Shown one piece after another: positions 55,645 through 64,000 of a stretch of DNA of 64,000 nucleotides; within the stretch, counting starts at the first letter, position 1, and each line of letters starts with the position of its first letter. The stretch is from Eledone cirrhosa (Eukaryota): positions 156,426,001 through 156,490,000 of the forward strand of contig OZ024742.1 in assembly GCA_964016885.1 (NCBI GenBank). Direction: 5' to 3'. The notes below the pieces were generated by a model. It made no database searches and had not been told where the DNA came from. It saw nothing but the letters and a program-made list of their open reading frames with translations. A program made the position numbers and the translations under genes.

Positions 55645-55721
55645 GATACCCGCAGAAGAGCACAGGAATAGTAACTTTGACTTAATTGTTGCGAAACAAA
55701 TTTATAATTTGTCCGGGTATC
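55645..55721 (+). ncRNA. Full-size hammerhead with U4A core, family P (element ~55495-55890)
   Basis: GATACCCG-CAGAAGA-GCA..TGC-GAAA-CAAATT(TAT)AATTTG-TC-CGGGTATC: 8-bp helix I, 7-bp helix III, GUC site. Confidence 0.8.
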
Positions 55722-55929
55722 ACGGCTATTGTCAATATAGGTTTGTTTTTATTGATTTATTATTTTAAATCGAGACAGGCAAACCGTATTATTTTAATTA
55801 GTATTTTTCAACCTAGCTAACTTGGTCATTTGCAATGCGAACACATGTATACTTGTATCAGTGTTTATACCTATCATATATTCATTTGTATATATATATA
55901 TATATATATATATCAACTAGAAATTGATT

Positions 55930-56024
<95 letters not shown>

Positions 56025-56233
56025 ATCACATGAAACATTCACAGGGGATAATGTGTAAAGTGTGTAAGTACACACAGCTAGGTAGGTAACTAATTAAAGT
56101 TTAAATATAACTTCAAATATAGATACCTTTTAAAATGATTAATCTTCCTTGTATGTATTTCATTAAAGAAATGTATTTCAACATGAAATCCGTAAACTCA
56201 CAGTAGTCAAATCCGAATATATATATATGTGAA

Positions 56234-56827
56234 TGAAGTAATTCCGTCGGAAAAGAGGGCTCTATATAGGTAACAGAGCTTAATAGTTATGTAATAAACA
56301 ACATAAGGCAATTATCCCATTCAGCAGTGGTTTCTTAAAAGCAAAAAAATGTTGCTTTCAATCATCAGAATGAAAAAATCCTGGTCTGTTTATTGAATTT
56401 GGATTTTAAAAACAAAAATGAATCCATATGAAAGTGAGGCTGGAGAAAGAAGAAGGAAAGGAAAAATAAAATAAAATAAAACCACACATGCAAACTTGTA
56501 TTCTTTTTCTCCCTTATCTCCCCTTATATTTCACCTTTTCCTATGTCTTCTTCCCCCCCCCCATATATTCTTTTTGCCTTACCCTTCACATACCAAAATG
56601 TATGTGTATGTATGTGTATATATATATATATATATATGTGTGTGTATATACATATATATATATATATGTAGATAGACCAGGTTATTTTCATTCTAATGAT
56701 TGAAGGCAAAATTGTTTTGCTTTTAAGAAACCACTGGTGAATGGAATAATTGCCTTATGTTGTTTATTACATTACTACTATATATATGTATATATAAGGT
56801 TCATATGAATTATCTAAGATTGTGTTT

Positions 56828-56902
<75 letters not shown>

Positions 56903-57023
56903 TTGTATTTGGTTGTGCGTTTTGTGATATGTACGTATTTGTATGTGTATAATTGTATAGCTATGTATGTATGTGTGTGTGTATGTATATATATATATAT
57001 GTGTGTATATGTGTGTGTGTATT

Positions 57024-57054
<31 letters not shown>

Positions 57055-57488
57055 ATATGTGTGTGTATATATGTATATGTGTGTGTGTGTGTGGGTTTGT
57101 GTATGTATTGGTGTATGCATATGTATGTGTTTATATATTTGTATATGTATATTTATGTGTGAGAGTGTGTGTATGTATTTACTTTTTCGTACGTATGTGT
57201 ACGTGCATTTGTGAGTATTGCTTACCACGCGTGTCTGTTCATTTATTCGTCGCTTGTATCGCTGTCAACTGTATAATAGTCTTTATTATTTTATTTTTTA
57301 TATATATTTTTTCTCATATTTATTTGCGTGTGTGAATATGTAGAGGTGTGTATATTTTTCTAATTTTGTACATGCATATGTATGCATTTATGTATGTGTA
57401 TGTATGTAAGTGTGTATATACGTATGATTGTGTGCATGTATGTATGTATGTATATGTATGTGTGTATGGCTATGTATGTGTATGTGTA

Positions 57489-57545
<57 letters not shown>

Positions 57546-57716
57546 CTATTTCTATATATATATGTGTGTATATATGTGTGTGTGGTTGTATATATGTATG
57601 TGTATGTATGGATGTGTTGATATTTATGTGCGTATGTATGTATGTGTATATGTATGTGTATGTGTGTATTTATATACACATATATATGTGTATATGTGTG
57701 TGTGTATGTATGAGTG

Positions 57717-57779
<63 letters not shown>

Positions 57780-58015
57780 ATGTACGCTTATGTGTGTGTG
57801 TGTATTTGCATGTGTGGTTTTATTTTATTTCATTTTTCCTTTCCTTCTTCTTTCTCCAGCCTCACTTTCATATAGATTGCATTTTTGTTTTTAAAATCCA
57901 AATTCAATGAACAGACCAGGGTTTTTTTCATTCTGTTGATTGAAAGCAATATTTTTTGCTTTTAAGAAACCACTGGTAAATGGAATAATTGCCTTATGTT
58001 GATTATTACATAACT
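56234..58015. mobile_element. Family M foldback/tandem cluster with HHRs at 56317-56374 (-), 56687-56746 (+), 57927-57985 (+)
   Basis: Consensus TTCATT-CTGATGA-TTGAAAGCAA..TTGCTTTTAA-GAAA-CCACTGG-TA-AATGGA; each copy has one or two lesions. Confidence 0.75.
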
Positions 58016-58018
58016 ATA

Positions 58019-63734
<5,716 letters not shown>

Positions 63735-63737
<3 letters not shown>

Positions 63738-64000
63738 TAAGAGGAATTCTAACTTTGTCTGATTTACTCGTTTTATTTACAATCCTTTAACATTTATAAT
63801 GGTATTATAATGAAATAGTATGATAGAATATTAAATTCTAAGTGTTAATTGAACAAGTACTTTCATGCTTTCGCAATCTTCAGGTTCATAATATGTGGTG
63901 ACAGTCAAGTTTGCAATTTTCAACAGTTGAAAATTGCAAACTTGACTATCACGACATATTATGAACTTGAAGATTGCGAAAGCATGAAAGTACTTGTTCA
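63735..64000. mobile_element. Family A hairpin (centre ~63925), runs off the window edge
   Basis: Left arm is the reverse complement of 17078-17272; mirrored on the right; two opposed HHRs. Confidence 0.85.

Overview
AT-rich, gene-free eukaryotic repeat region, probably from a coleoid cephalopod (inferred from the octopod-like Meta-domain tRNA SINEs and the very abundant (TA)n tracts). No host gene is supportable. The window is a nested pile of Penelope-like retroelements (PLEs: RT + GIY-YIG, at least three protein types) and their non-coding derivatives, inserted almost exclusively in (TA)n microsatellites. It also holds one apparently intact 1130-aa R4/Dong-clade LINE beside (TAA)n tracts, RTE fragments and SINEs. 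By eye I find about 30 hammerhead-ribozyme (HHR) or HHR-like motifs from roughly 13 sequence families. They include natural core variants (U3-A8, U4A, U4C) and covarying helices. Most PLE-type insertions are asymmetric foldbacks whose two outer ends fall at two family-specific fixed positions about 40-135 nt apart, and either arm can be the long one. Several ORF-less tandem elements (units of ~0.46, ~0.55 and ~1.3 kb) carry an HHR or HHR-like motif in the unit and look like retrozyme-type RNAs. Family letters are my own labels. Coordinates were read by eye and are approximate to a few nt; clade names are tentative.
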